Below are positions 24,943-37,370 of a stretch of 64,000 bases of DNA, one piece after another. The DNA comes from Daphnia carinata. Its lineage: Eukaryota. The translations under genes were made by a program, and so were the position numbers. Below the pieces are notes generated by a model. That model had not been told where the DNA came from and did no database searches. It was given only the letters and a program-made list of their open reading frames with translations. The stretch covers positions 12,896,001 to 12,960,000 of the forward strand of contig NC_081331.1 in the NCBI RefSeq assembly GCF_022539665.2. Direction: 5' to 3'. Position 1 is the first letter of the stretch, and every line of letters begins with the position of its first letter.

Positions 24943-26492
24943 ATGATGAAACATCTGCAAATTTTTCTTCTTCTCTGCGGTGTTGTGTGGGTTCCCATTC
25001 TTCTCACATACAGCTATAACACTCAAAGTAGAGAGGGTGAGCAACTTTTAACTCTATTTTTAATATAGATACCGATTTGTAGGTTGCTTTGTCTCCATTT
25101 GTGTTTTCTACGCTATAGCATACCAGTTTCGCTTACCTATTTTGTACTCATGCTAGCATTTTGTTTTATCATTTTGGTTGCCACCTTCTGCGAATGATTC
25201 CTTTGGGCATGTTCCATTGCTGTATTATGTTGGAACCTTTACTTCATTAGGATTAATAGGTGATGTAGGTAAGCAATAGTCCCTTGCCTATTCCTTGTAG
25301 ACCTTTAGAATAGTGTTAGTTTCAATAAAAATCCATAAGCTAATATTACACATATATCATATACATTTTCAGCTCCCAATTTTACATGGAACGTCAATTC
25401 TAGTCGTGACCTGGCTATATACGTTGAACCAGAAAACACAACGGCTGTAATTACCAATGAAAACCTCTGTTCCTCCAATTCAGCAGACCATCGCCAAAAA
25501 CCTCTTCTTCTCATTGTTGTCTGTTCAGCTGTTGGTAACGTTAAGGCTCGCGATGCCATACGCAAGACGTGGATGTCCGTGGTACCTAACGAAACAGCTC
25601 CGTTTGACGTCCGAACAGTTTTCCTTCTCGGTCAGACAGTCAATGACACCAAACAGAGTGACGTGTTGTTCGAAAGCAACATGCATAGGGATATAATTCA
25701 AGAAGGATTCATCGACGCTTATTTGAATCTGTAAGTCTGTTCAATTACAACGTCAGTCTCTAATACATTCAGTTTACTCTCTTTCAGGACCTTGAAGAGT
25801 GTGATGATGTTGAAATGGGTGAAAACTCATTGCCCACAAGTGACCTTTGTCCTCAAAACGGATGACGACATGTTTATCAATGTCCGCACGCTGACTCAGT
25901 ACCTGTCACAACCTGACGTTCAGCAGCGCAAGGACATGATTGTAGGCTCGCTCTTTTGTCGTGTTATACCTATCAAAGATGCGGGTAGCAAGTGGTATGA
26001 AAAATCAATGGTCTTTATTTTCCAAGAACATTTTCGTCTAACTGGTTCTGTTTTGTGCTCTTTAGGTATTCACCTCTCTTTATGTATGATGCCAAAGTAT
26101 ATCCTGATTACGTAAGCGGAACGGGTTACGTCATTAGCGGGCCGTTAGTACCCATTCTTTTTGAAAATGCCCTACACGTGCCACTTTTCCACTTGGAGGA
26201 CGTTTACACAACAGGGATTGTAGCGAAACGGGCTAACGTCATTCCGGAGAACAGTCATTTGTTCAGTTTTGTGAAGCATCCCACCACAAATCCTTGTCTC
26301 TATCGCAAAATTATCACATCTCATGGCCTGAACCCTAGCGAATTAAAATCTGTCTGGCGGCAGATCAACGATCCTCGTTTAAACTGCACCTCCGTCCGCT
26401 TGCCGAAAATCGGTGATCCCAAATTCAAAAAATGCCACAAGACCGCGCGTCTGACCGTCCGTCGTTCGGGTAGAAGAGGTTATAGTGGCTGA
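24943..26492 (+). CDS. Beta-1,3-galactosyltransferase (GT31 family) (exons 24943-25036, [25251-25268], 25373-25730, 25788-25994, 26066-26492)
   Basis: Type II N-terminal TM anchor; motifs RDAIRKTW, FIDAYLNLTLKSVMMLKW, KTDDDMFINV, YPDYVSGTGYVIS, LEDVYTTG. Confidence 0.92.
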
Positions 26493-27816
26493 ATTGCTGA
26501 TTGGACAACATAAAATGCCCGTTTAGAATAGCTTCACCCATTTTGCCTCCCTTCTTCTCAGAAAGGTCTTACTTAAACTAAAAATTCATAATATTCAGAA
26601 ACGCACTGGAGGAATTCATTTACAAGAAAAAGAAAGAAAATGTGAGATTGTATTTTTTTTTTTTTTTTTTTAGATTTATCATTTTCCCTAGTCCGAAAAA
26701 TTAAGCGGTATATTGGTGTATATTACTATGTGCCAATAGAACCATAAATACTAAGACGATGAGTCATAATTCCTTTATTTTTTGTCCTTTCTTTTTCATT
26801 TTTTTTTCTTTGTGAAAGACTAAAAAATCATATTGTATATTTTGTTGGCCTTTTTACAGCATCGATCTGTCTTAGATAATCGATGTGTGTGATACGTCCG
26901 GTAACTGCCTCAATAGCAGTGCAGCATAATGTTTTTGATGTCCCCCCTATGAGAATGCGAACAAATACAATTTAGCTACTAAAAAAAAAAGAGATTTCAA
27001 TTTACTTTTCGATGGCGGTCCGATTAAGCTATGCTTACCTTCTCAACCACAACAAATGGGTGTAACAAAATTCATCGGGGCATATAACGTTCACGAAATT
27101 TGTTATGACGTGATAGTGATGGGGTCTTCTTACAATGTGAATCGGACCAGAAGTTAACATTATTGTCTTGGGAGATGTTCCGAATTCCAACGAACAAAGG
27201 ACTTAACACTAGACAGCCACATTTCACAGCAGCCCCAACAAGACGCTCGATTCATTCCGTTTTTTTTTCTTTTTCGTTTGAAATTCTATTATTCTTTCTT
27301 TGAAAAAAAAAGGAAAGAAGAAGCGAATAATCGGTTCCCATTCTGTCCTTGATGGTTACGTTAAGGTCTCGTCTTTAACTCTCTTCTCGCCTACGACTCG
27401 CACGCTTTGCTGGTCGCCCGGAACCAGTTGACCTACAATATGGTCATTCCATCCAAGCGTCTCAATCGTTCACCACTCGCCGTTTTCTTTTAAATATTTC
27501 TACCATCTCTTTTACGTATTCACTCTTATGAGAATTATTTCTTTATTCATCAGCCCTCTCACCTACAGCACCGCAAAAAAAAAGAAATCCGCATGGATTC
27601 GTCTTAACCACCACGCACCCACTCATCATAATCATTTTTTTATATACTAGTCTCCCTTTCTCCTCCTCTTTTCTCTTCCGTCACCCTCATTCGCTCTATT
27701 CTTCCACTTGTATTGCCTCTCCCTGCAGCGATAGCCATCGAGTCGTCAGACGCTTATATTGGGCCGCAACGGTGCCACTCGATGATCAGTTGTCCTCAAG
27801 CTTCCACTACGATAAG

Positions 27817-28283
27817 ATGTTGTCACGACCAAGTCTTCTCCTTGTGTTGGCCTGTGCTTACGTCCATGTCTCGTCCGTTCCACTCGGTATTTATCTTTTC
27901 TTCTATTATAATTTCATTCCAAGTAAATACGAGAATTGAAACGTCATTTAATCGATGTCTCTCCGGTGCACATGTCAGTCGGTCCACTTGCCATTCGGCC
28001 ATTAATTTGTCTCAACAAGATCACCAACCAGTCAGGCGTGTGTATGTTCACGATGGATTGTCACCGCATAAACGGAACGGCACTGGGTGTGTGCGGCGAC
28101 CGTTTCTACTTCGGCTCGTGCTGCGTTGTGCCCGCACTGGACGAAGAGTTGAACGCACTAGAACGGACGGGTGGTGCATCGACCAAGCGGTGGCAAGCAC
28201 CGGGCACTTATCTATTGGAAATGAAAGAGCAAGAAGACCGTTCACTTTCCTCATCGGAAGAACTTCAAATAGAGGATTTCTAG
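27817..28283 (+). CDS. Secreted stand-alone clip-domain protein (Stubble-type clip), 139 aa (exons 27817-27886, 27934-28283)
   Basis: Signal peptide MLSRPSLLLVLACAYVHVSSVP. Six-Cys clip pattern C..GVCMFTMDCHRINGTALGVCGDRFYFGSCC, then an in-frame TAG with no protease domain. Confidence 0.7.
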
Positions 28284-31200
28284 AAGAGTGCAAACTAGAA
28301 AAAAAAAACGAAGCCGATGAATTGGATATTTTTTTATGTTGGTCCAATTCTCTTTGTACGAGTGTGTCATAATATAGCGCTGGTCGCTACTGGTATAGAT
28401 ACGTATGTCAATTGTTAGTCTATTTTTATTTTGTTATACAATCAATACATATACTCTCGTTATTAATGTTCCGTCACGTTCTCTTTTGACTCTATAATGG
28501 TTATGACAATGCCAATTATTATTTCCGCTAACCAATGCTGGCGTGAACATCGGTCGGAATGACGAGGCAAAATCTTCCAAATAGGATGTTTAAGAGGAGA
28601 AAAATGTGAATAGCTTAGAATGATTTGCACTTAACAGAGCGTGAATCACGGAGGTACACACATCACATCATTGAGTGCCGTACGTCAACTTTGGCTTCTA
28701 TTCACTCGAACTTTAGATGTTGCTTACACTGAACTGGAAAATTCTTGACCTCATTTTCTTTGGGATTGCGATGACAAAAGCGAGTAAACAAGTAGACGCA
28801 TGCGTGCTAATGGTTAATTACGAGGCCTAGATCTACCGCACCTGGAAAGAGAAATTGCGCTAATGCGACTAGAGTACGAACGGATTCACCTTTTTTCATT
28901 CATGTGCATTGTAGACGTGTACTGTCTCACCGCCAACCTTGCATTACGTAGAGCCCTCCTGTTTGACCCTTGCGTGAGCCACCCAATTTTTTTCCTCTTG
29001 CTCCAAGTCATTAGCGCAGATTGTTGGGAAACAGTGGGTGCTCCGTTAAGACGGTACGGCTTTTCAGATGTGTGTGAATTTCTCTTTGAAAAATAATACT
29101 AGCTAGATTTGACGTGTCATGATTGCGTTTTTCTGTGAAGAATGACTAGCCGTAAAAAGCATTGAATTACGTGCTATCCCATATATTACGGACCAGTCCG
29201 TTTTTGGAGGGCTTCCATATGGACGATATACAGATGAGCTCTGAGTTCCTCGCGTGCTATTTTTTTTATCACCACATCCGCGGCCACACAACAATGTGTT
29301 GATAAAAAAAAAACAAAGGAAGCCGGGTGTTGTTGTACACAATGTTTAAACAGGTATACAAAAGGATTCTGTGGCTTCGCGAGAAACTCTCCAACTTAGG
29401 ATGAATCGACTTGCTTTCATCTTATGTAGGGCGGAAAGCTTAACGCTGCGGCCACAATTTTATTTTTGGTTATCACTTGACGGACGATTGATCGCAACAC
29501 TTTGCACTCGCTTTCTTTATTTAAAGTAATACTAATATTAACTTATTGCCAACTGAAAAGATCCGTTTTAATGCAATACGATTCCATCTTGAAAAAAAAA
29601 ATTACAGCATAATTCAATGATATAATCACAGAGCTCCGTCAATTTTTACGACGCATCACTTGTATAATAGGTATTTCCCCTATTTTTTGTCAAACTTTTG
29701 TTGTTCTTGAACGTGGAATAGTGGTAGTCTGTTTTCTCACAGATTTCTCCCAGGAACGTGTCGCCGCAACTGATTATATGTAGACAGGTAAGAAGAACCG
29801 TTACACAAGAATGGAAATCACGTAAACCTAATTCTTCCACCGTGCGTCCCTCGTAATATAGAAGAAACTTAATGTCGGCTCGTGCTGTTTTATTTCGTAT
29901 TATACTATCTAATGATTGACAAGAGAAGTAGTCCAAACCCCCGTTGAGAGTTTAATTGCGTGTCTGCAAATCAGCGCTCATTGTCTATACAAATATACTA
30001 ATAATTTGATTGCCTGTATAAATAATAATTTACTTTGTGAAAACCGGAACGTGTATAATCCTAATCGGAATGCCTAGCTTCTTTTCCGGGAAAATTACAT
30101 CTATTTATCCAGATTTCTAGTCCTTTGGCCCTAATAAAACAAAGAGTGGGTTGATACCAAGATGGGGTTTAAGGGGTCATTGTGTCCGCCTAATATGAAA
30201 ACTGTTTTTTGTTTTCTAGTTTTTGTTTTAGTCAAAGGGTGCCAAGCCCCATGGTGTTTGATTGTTTTAAAAGACATCCAAGCGGAACACAGGCGACTAG
30301 AAGATAAATGCTCAAAGGGTTTTTGTAACTAGCGGAATGTTGCGTGCAGCGAACGCTGAGTCCGCAAGAAAAATCAGCCATTGATAAACTATCAAAAACT
30401 ATGGTATTAGTTGAGACGAATTAGATTTCTTTTGTCACCATGTCTTGCATGAATAACTGTTTCTTAAATTTTTGTCCGGCTAGAAAATCTAAAATAAGGA
30501 GAACGAAGGTCGAAGACCCACAAGAAAGGCAGGTGAAAAAGAGGGACAAATTGTGACAGATAAGTGAAATAAAAGACTTATTTTGGGCCAAGAAACAGCT
30601 CTATAAAATACCATCTGGTGGCAGTGCTATTAAAATACTAGTAAATAACTCTTCAAACGTCTTGGAGACCCAACTTTCTCAGCCTCTATTTGCAAGCGAT
30701 TCGCATTTTGTATCTGTTGTTTCATTTAGAAGTTCTCTTACGAGTTTTAAACTAAAGAATTCGATGACAAAACAATTTACGCGTGGAAATTCCCGTTGGC
30801 CGCGATAATTGGCGATTAAAAAATTAAAACCGCTAGATAGCGAACAAGAGGAACTCTAACCGAACCGCAGAGCATTTTGAATGGCTAGGCGGCACGGTCA
30901 CGGCGGTGGGTGCGTACATTCCGGATTCACAGTCAATCTACTGTCGCCGGCCTTCTCTTGCTAAGAAAAGCTCTTTTTTTCTATTTATAGGCTATTCATT
31001 TTCTTTCACAGCAAGTTCAGACACACGAAAAAAAAACAGGCCAAAATTCACGAGATTTTTTCAATTTAATGAAATTGGTAAACAAAAAAACGGCCTTATG
31101 TTATCATAGTTTAGCTTTGTCCATGTTAACGTTTATGTTTGTTCCGCTGCATTTGAACCTTTCACGCTGCTTGACAGTGGTAAATGTGAGAAAGAAATGC

Positions 31201-32907
31201 ATGTGGCATTTGAGCGTGAAATCACAAAGTCTCACATATCGGTCAACAGGCCTATGTAGCGCAATTCAAATAATCGTATTGATAGAATTAGGTTACTATG
31301 TTTCTTCTAATCCTACAACAATTCTACAAGAATTGCGCATAGTCACGGAGCATAAATGGAAAAATGTTGATGTGCTAGACATCACGATAAAGAAATTCGG
31401 AATGACCCAATCACGATTATAGGTTCCAGATTGAACAGCTCGTTTTCTCCCAGAGAAAATTGGACCAGTAGAAGTGGTTTTAAAACTTTTAATTGTCAAA
31501 GATGATGTCGTCGTCCCACATACTCTTGCAGGCAAATGGCGCTATTGACGAATAAAATACACAACGGGCAGATCCTCGAGAAAGTGCACGCGAATGTAGG
31601 ACGCTGGTTGTAGGTGATGATATTTTCAGTGCGAAGCAGTTTCACGGTGATGGCAGATAAATTTTTTAATACAGCAGCTATAAAATGAGAGAAGATTGCA
31701 AAACGATGAGTGATAGTACAAATTCGGGTTGTTGTAATTCCGCATTGGCCCCTCATAACCGTACAAGACCCGCATTAACGAAACACGAAATTTAACTCGA
31801 AATTACTTTGGTCGAATTAAAACTTGCTGAACAGTGCCCCCAAAGAAAATAACCAATTTTATTTTATTCGTGAGTTATTCAAACATTTTGCCGGCTGGGT
31901 TTGCTAGCCGAAAAAAGAATGTCTCTATGATCAAGAATGCGGGCAAACGAATTAAGATAATAACACGAGCTTTAAGATAAGATAGAACAGTTTTACAGTT
32001 GTTTGAAAAAAAAGCATGTGGTAATCAGTGAGTACATCATTTTCAAATAAAATAAATGATTACCTAAAATAACGCTATTTAAAACAACTGCGTTTGAACC
32101 TGTAAACCATACGTGCATCTCTGGAACTGAAATAGAAAAGTCCATGTGTTTGATGCTATTGCCATAAAATTAAATCATTGGAACGGTTCATCAAATTTTG
32201 AGGTCGGTATGGTAGAATGCAATAAAAAATAGCTATAACTCTTTTTTAAAGGCTCGTGTCTCTTCTTTTGCGCTCTTGTCGTCACGATATTTCGGCGAGC
32301 GGCCGATGAATGAGCCAAGCGAAAAGCGACCAAACATTAGCTGTTATCGCAATAGACCTGGTGAAAGTTTTGACAAATTGTTTGTGTAAATGACGCACGC
32401 GGGAAAGCTTCAGAAACTCGACCGTCTTTAGTCTGAATTTATGGCCTTCAGTCGAGTGGTAAGAATAAGTTCATACAATTGGTTTTAATAAGATGATGAT
32501 TGAAAATCCTTTTCAAGGAATAAAATGCCCTGCAACGATTGCTTTGAATTCCTTTTGAAGGAAATTAAAGCTAGATGAATGATTACGTTTTAACTCGTTT
32601 AGGACATTATCGATAGGAACCCTTAAATTGTTAACACATAGCAATTCAAAATGAAAATTCACTTGAATCACCAAAGCGTAAACTATGACCATGTAATACC
32701 GAATGGACCTAGCGGATATCATCGGTAAACGTTATTATCTTAGTTAATGCAGTAATGTAACCGCTAGCCTGGTTTCATTTACGGACGAGCTTGGCAATAA
32801 ACTAAAGTGCCCTGAAAAGAAAAAGGGAAAGACTTTTGATTTTTAAACTGTTGATTGTATAGCTATTAACAAACCAGATAATTCAAAATTAACTAGATTA
32901 AATTTTC

Positions 32908-34352
32908 TTATTGATTAGACTGTTCCCAAGTGAAACCAACGAGTTCTTCGCTCATTTTCCAAAGGCGTACAGCTGCTTCTTTATCATTGGCTTGACTTGC
33001 TGGTTTCGTTTTGGCGCAGTCACTGCAAAAGGAAAAAGAAAACATTGAAGGCTTTATTGGCACACCTGTCTTGGATCTAAATAGGCCATACCTAAAATAA
33101 TGTCCGCTGAGTTCAGTTAAAGATTCCTCCGCGGCGCAATAAACACTAGTTTGGGCTCCCATCTCTGGCGTTTTAAAAACGAAACGACTGAAGAAGTGGA
33201 GAGTGCCATCCACGCAAGCATTCATCGATTCGTTGATGTGTCGTGCCAATTCCGTTTGGACAGCTCCCGGATGTACGGCAAAGACGGAGACTCCAGTTCC
33301 TTTTTAAAAGAGAAAGCGCAATAACTATTTTCATAGGCAATCCTTTTGTACAATTGAATTAAAATGATGAATTACCTTCTAATCGTCTTGCGAGCTCTTT
33401 CGTAAATAGGATATTGGCTAACTTGCTTTGACAATAAGACCGTATCGGAGTGTAATTTTTCTGCAACATTAAATCGTCGAAATACATTTTTCCTCCTGCA
33501 ATTTAAAATTTACATCGAATTAGCGTGCCCAATTTTCCACATAAGAACGGGGAAAAGAACGAACTTGTATGCGCGACAGATGATAGATTGATAATTCGAG
33601 AAGGTGAAGCCCGTTTGATGTTGTTCAATAGTAAAAGCGTCCACAGGAAAGATCCCAAATGATTGACTCCAAATTGCATTTCAAAACCATCGTCCGTTTT
33701 CCATTGAGGGCATGTCATGATTCCTTAAATAAACTGAAACCATTTAGCAACGATAGAATGATTTTTACACGGATAACGGGCAAACCGGCATTGTTGATGA
33801 GTATGTGAATTTCAGGATGACGTGCTTTCAATTCTTCTGCTGCTGATCGAATAGATTTCATAGAAGCCAAATCCAATTTCAAGGTAGTCACCGCATTCCC
33901 AGTCTCCTTTGTAATGTCATCTGCGGCTTCGTTAGCCTTCTTCAAGTCACGGCAAGCGATCACCACTTCAGCTCCTGTGTTTGTTTGATTTGTATAATGA
34001 AAGGATTAAATCGTTATTTATCTAAACAATCACGATGGATAAAAATTTTATGCTTACCTCTTTTGCTTAGCTCACGAGCAGTCTCTTTGCCAATGCCAGT
34101 ATTTGCACCTGTAACAACAACTACCTTGCCATCGAGCCGGCAATTATTTTTGCAACGAGGGCCTTGAAAAAACCGTGGCATGTTGGTTCGAGGAACGTCC
34201 GTGAATGCCCTAATGAAATTACGTGTCAACAGCACAAACACAAGGCTGCAATTATATGTTTAGTAGACTGATAATATTAGATAGCCCGTTGGGAGGCTGA
34301 TAACTGCAGCCGTAACACAAAGTACAATGGTGGACCATTTTCGCTTTGTCAT
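32908..34352 (-). CDS. Retinol dehydrogenase 11-14-like short-chain dehydrogenase/reductase, multi-exon; 5' end uncertain (ATG 34352 or 34181)
   Basis: [53 protein letters not shown], catalytic [36 protein letters not shown]. Confidence 0.9.
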
Positions 34353-34554
34353 GTTTGGAGTGATTGTTGTTGCTCGTTATATTTCAAAGTTATGTTTTAA
34401 GAAAAATACTTTTCTGTGACAACTTAAGTAAGTGAGACAATGTTTTCAACTGTTCATCGTATTTCATCATGTCCATCAAACTACACGATTTCTGGTTCTT
34501 TAAATTTATGTACTGTTCTTCGTGTTGCGTTCCCAGATTGCCACATTTACCGTC

Positions 34555-36710
34555 CTATCGCTAAATAATAAGGAAATTCATTATCATATACCTAAGTCTA
34601 CAATGAATTCTAGAGCTTACCGGAAAATAAATAACGAGCATAACGAAGCCAGCTATAACTAAAGCGATTCCAGCACCCAGGAAGCACCACCGACTTATAT
34701 TTAGTGCGTCAATCACGTTAACTGCCTTGTTGACGTCTTGGGCGCTCGCTTGGTCCAGTTTAGCAGTCTAAACCACACGATTGAAGTATGTGGTACTTTT
34801 TAGATTCAAACGCGATGTGTTTATTTACCTCATTAATCCAAAGGATAGGGAAAACAGTATCCGTGATGTTTAATAACCGAGGAGGTACTTTGTATTTTCG
34901 GACATCTACGTTGAGTTGAAGCCTTTTCGAAGCGAAAATGGGCACACCTAATAACTGTACACCCATACGTTAGTTTACTGAAATTGTTTGTTACATTTAT
35001 ATATGCGGTTACAGGTTCTAAATCAAAGTGGGTCTCGTGCCACTCCTTGTTTGGTGCTAATCCAGTGAAAGCTTTGACGTATTTCTCATCGGCCATGAAA
35101 AAGTGAGGAGTTGACAGCAAAACCGGAGCTCCTGAGCGCAATAAATTTAAAAGATTTAAATTTCCCAATAGAACATGAATTTGTGACTAACCGAAAAGGC
35201 AAGGCCGCATATCTAAGATGCCAATACTAAAGCAAAGGTCGGGATCTATTTTATAATCGGGACAGTAACAGAGATTTTCCGGATCATAAGTGTTGAACAC
35301 GACCTCAGGCACCGTGAATCGCTTGCCAATAATCCCCTCAGTTGTAACATCTCTCTCGTATGTGGCGTACACCGACCTGTAACGTTACACCGAAATTGCG
35401 GTTTTCTGGATGAATGAAAGTTTGGCGATGATAACGAAACATTACCGGCAAAGATCTGGGGTGAAAATGTAGACTTTTTCGCTCGTATCCACTAAAGGCG
35501 GATAAATGGCTCCGTCAGTACCTAGAAGGGGATATAATTGTTATTGACATGGTCGATGTAGCCGGATCAATTGTACCGTTAATCATGTTGCAGTAGGTGT
35601 CGTTCCAGTAATCCACACTTTCTTTTCCGTTCCATGATCTGATAAACCCTAATTGGTCGAGTCCGTTCGCTCCCGACTCAATTGTAAACTCTCCCAAATT
35701 GGTTCCGTTTCGCTTCAATTTCAAGCGACATTTAGAGGAGCTAAATATGTATTCATTTATTCCTATAATAATACCCCGTAGAAAAAACCGAATCTCGGAT
35801 CTTCCGGTAGCGGTGGAAGTTCAATGTCAGTTTCGTTTTGAAACGATTCCAATATGTCTATGTAAGGTTGCAAGCTCCATCCTTCAAAAAGCATTTCGCG
35901 CACTGTTCGCGTCATAAATGGTTGTTCATCTACCTCATCCAATTTGTTATGCATTATGGTAGAAAGTTGAGCAGCGAGGTTTGCCGATGGCAGATCAGAA
36001 ATTAGCGAAGCCAATGTCTAAGAACCAAAATGGAATACGTTAAAATGTTTCAGGTATGTAACGTAGAGATTAAATGGCGTTTATTATTGAGGTAAATTTT
36101 TTACTGAATTAAGAATTACTTACAAAATAGACAGGGTTAACTGTGACGACATGCACGTCTAACCCTAGCTCGCCAACACCAGGTGTGTGAAAGTAAGTGA
36201 TGTTTTCTCTGTAAGTCAACAGGCCATTTTCTTCGATAACTCCGTATTTTATGCGACCTTCACTAAAAGAATAGGATGCATATGGTAAATGCTATTCAAA
36301 AGCTTAAATAGACTAATGCCATGCTAAATTACGTAAACGAAAACGGTCCCAATTGATCAAGATGTAGGACGACATCTGGATCGGTAGGGTCTTCGCAGTT
36401 GGTGCAGTTAAACAGGAAAAATTCGATGTAGACGGGAACAGGAGGACTCGACCAAGCGGCGAAAACGGCTTCATTATCTGCCGTAATAATTGCTTCCTGT
36501 GGGCGTGAATCAAAAGGAATCGCATGAATAAAATCAACAATATTTACCTTGAATTTTATAGACACACAAATACAACCACGGAACTATTTAGGGTGGAAAT
36601 ACCGAAGTGGCGATATCTGGAACAAGAATCCAGCCCAAAGTTGATGACAGTACGATGACAACGACACCCACAGCGGCGACAATGCCCGTTTTCACTATAC
36701 CTGACACCAT
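34555..36710 (-). CDS. Scavenger receptor class B / CD36 family protein, tandem copy 1
   Basis: N-terminal TM (GIVAAVGVVVIVLS), WSSPPVPVYIEFFLFNCTN, LGPFSF, CNMINGTDG, Cys-rich CYC...C..G.LDMRPC, STPHFF, KRLQLN, PILWINE, C-terminal TM. Confidence 0.9.
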
Positions 36711-37370
36711 TTTCGCGTCTATGTAAATAGGCAATAGAAAATCGTTTGCAATTCGAAAACAAAACTGCGCTCCAGATGCCCTCAGACAGTTCTGCCTACT
36801 TGTGTGGAAAAACCCCTGTCAAAACCAGTTGTGCATTAGACAGTTCGAATCGCAAGACTAGAAATTTGAATAGTAAAGTGGATAAGGAATAAAAATGATT
36901 GATTATAGTGTTACTAGGCAGAGCGATAATGTCATCATTTGTCCCTGATACCATCTACAATACCTTGTGCTCTTTATACCTTGGTCGTCAATACAAATAC
37001 GTCTGATTTAAATATTGGGTATTTTGCAGACATTGTTGATAAAAGTATCTATGCTTCATAGCAACATATCGCCTTCAAAACAAAAACGCTGGCTAAAAAT
37101 AGACGTCAAAAGCAATTATCTGTTTGACAGAAAAAGTGCTAACTGTTTAAAGGAAAACTATACGAAAAATTTAAATAACATTACAGTTCATGAAAAGGAA
37201 AATAAGTTATTTGTGGTATATTGCAATGATTTATATTTCTTTTTGGCCAAAAATCACGTACAAGATGTTCACGAAAATACCTTCCCTGGTGCCGTATAAT
37301 GAATTGATAATGACCATCTTTAGTTACTGTCACAAGACAGTGTTACATCCTCCTGATCGTCTTAGAGATC

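Noticed and set aside
27713..28372. 219-aa ORF overlapping the clip gene
   Set aside because: Non-ATG start and no motif; the clip-domain frame explains the region.
30611..30622. CTCF-like motif (GCCACCAGATGG on the minus strand)
   Set aside because: A single partial match with no supporting context.
31069..31760. Coding-like stretch with interrupted frames
   Set aside because: No family motif recognised; cannot call it a pseudogene or transposon by eye.
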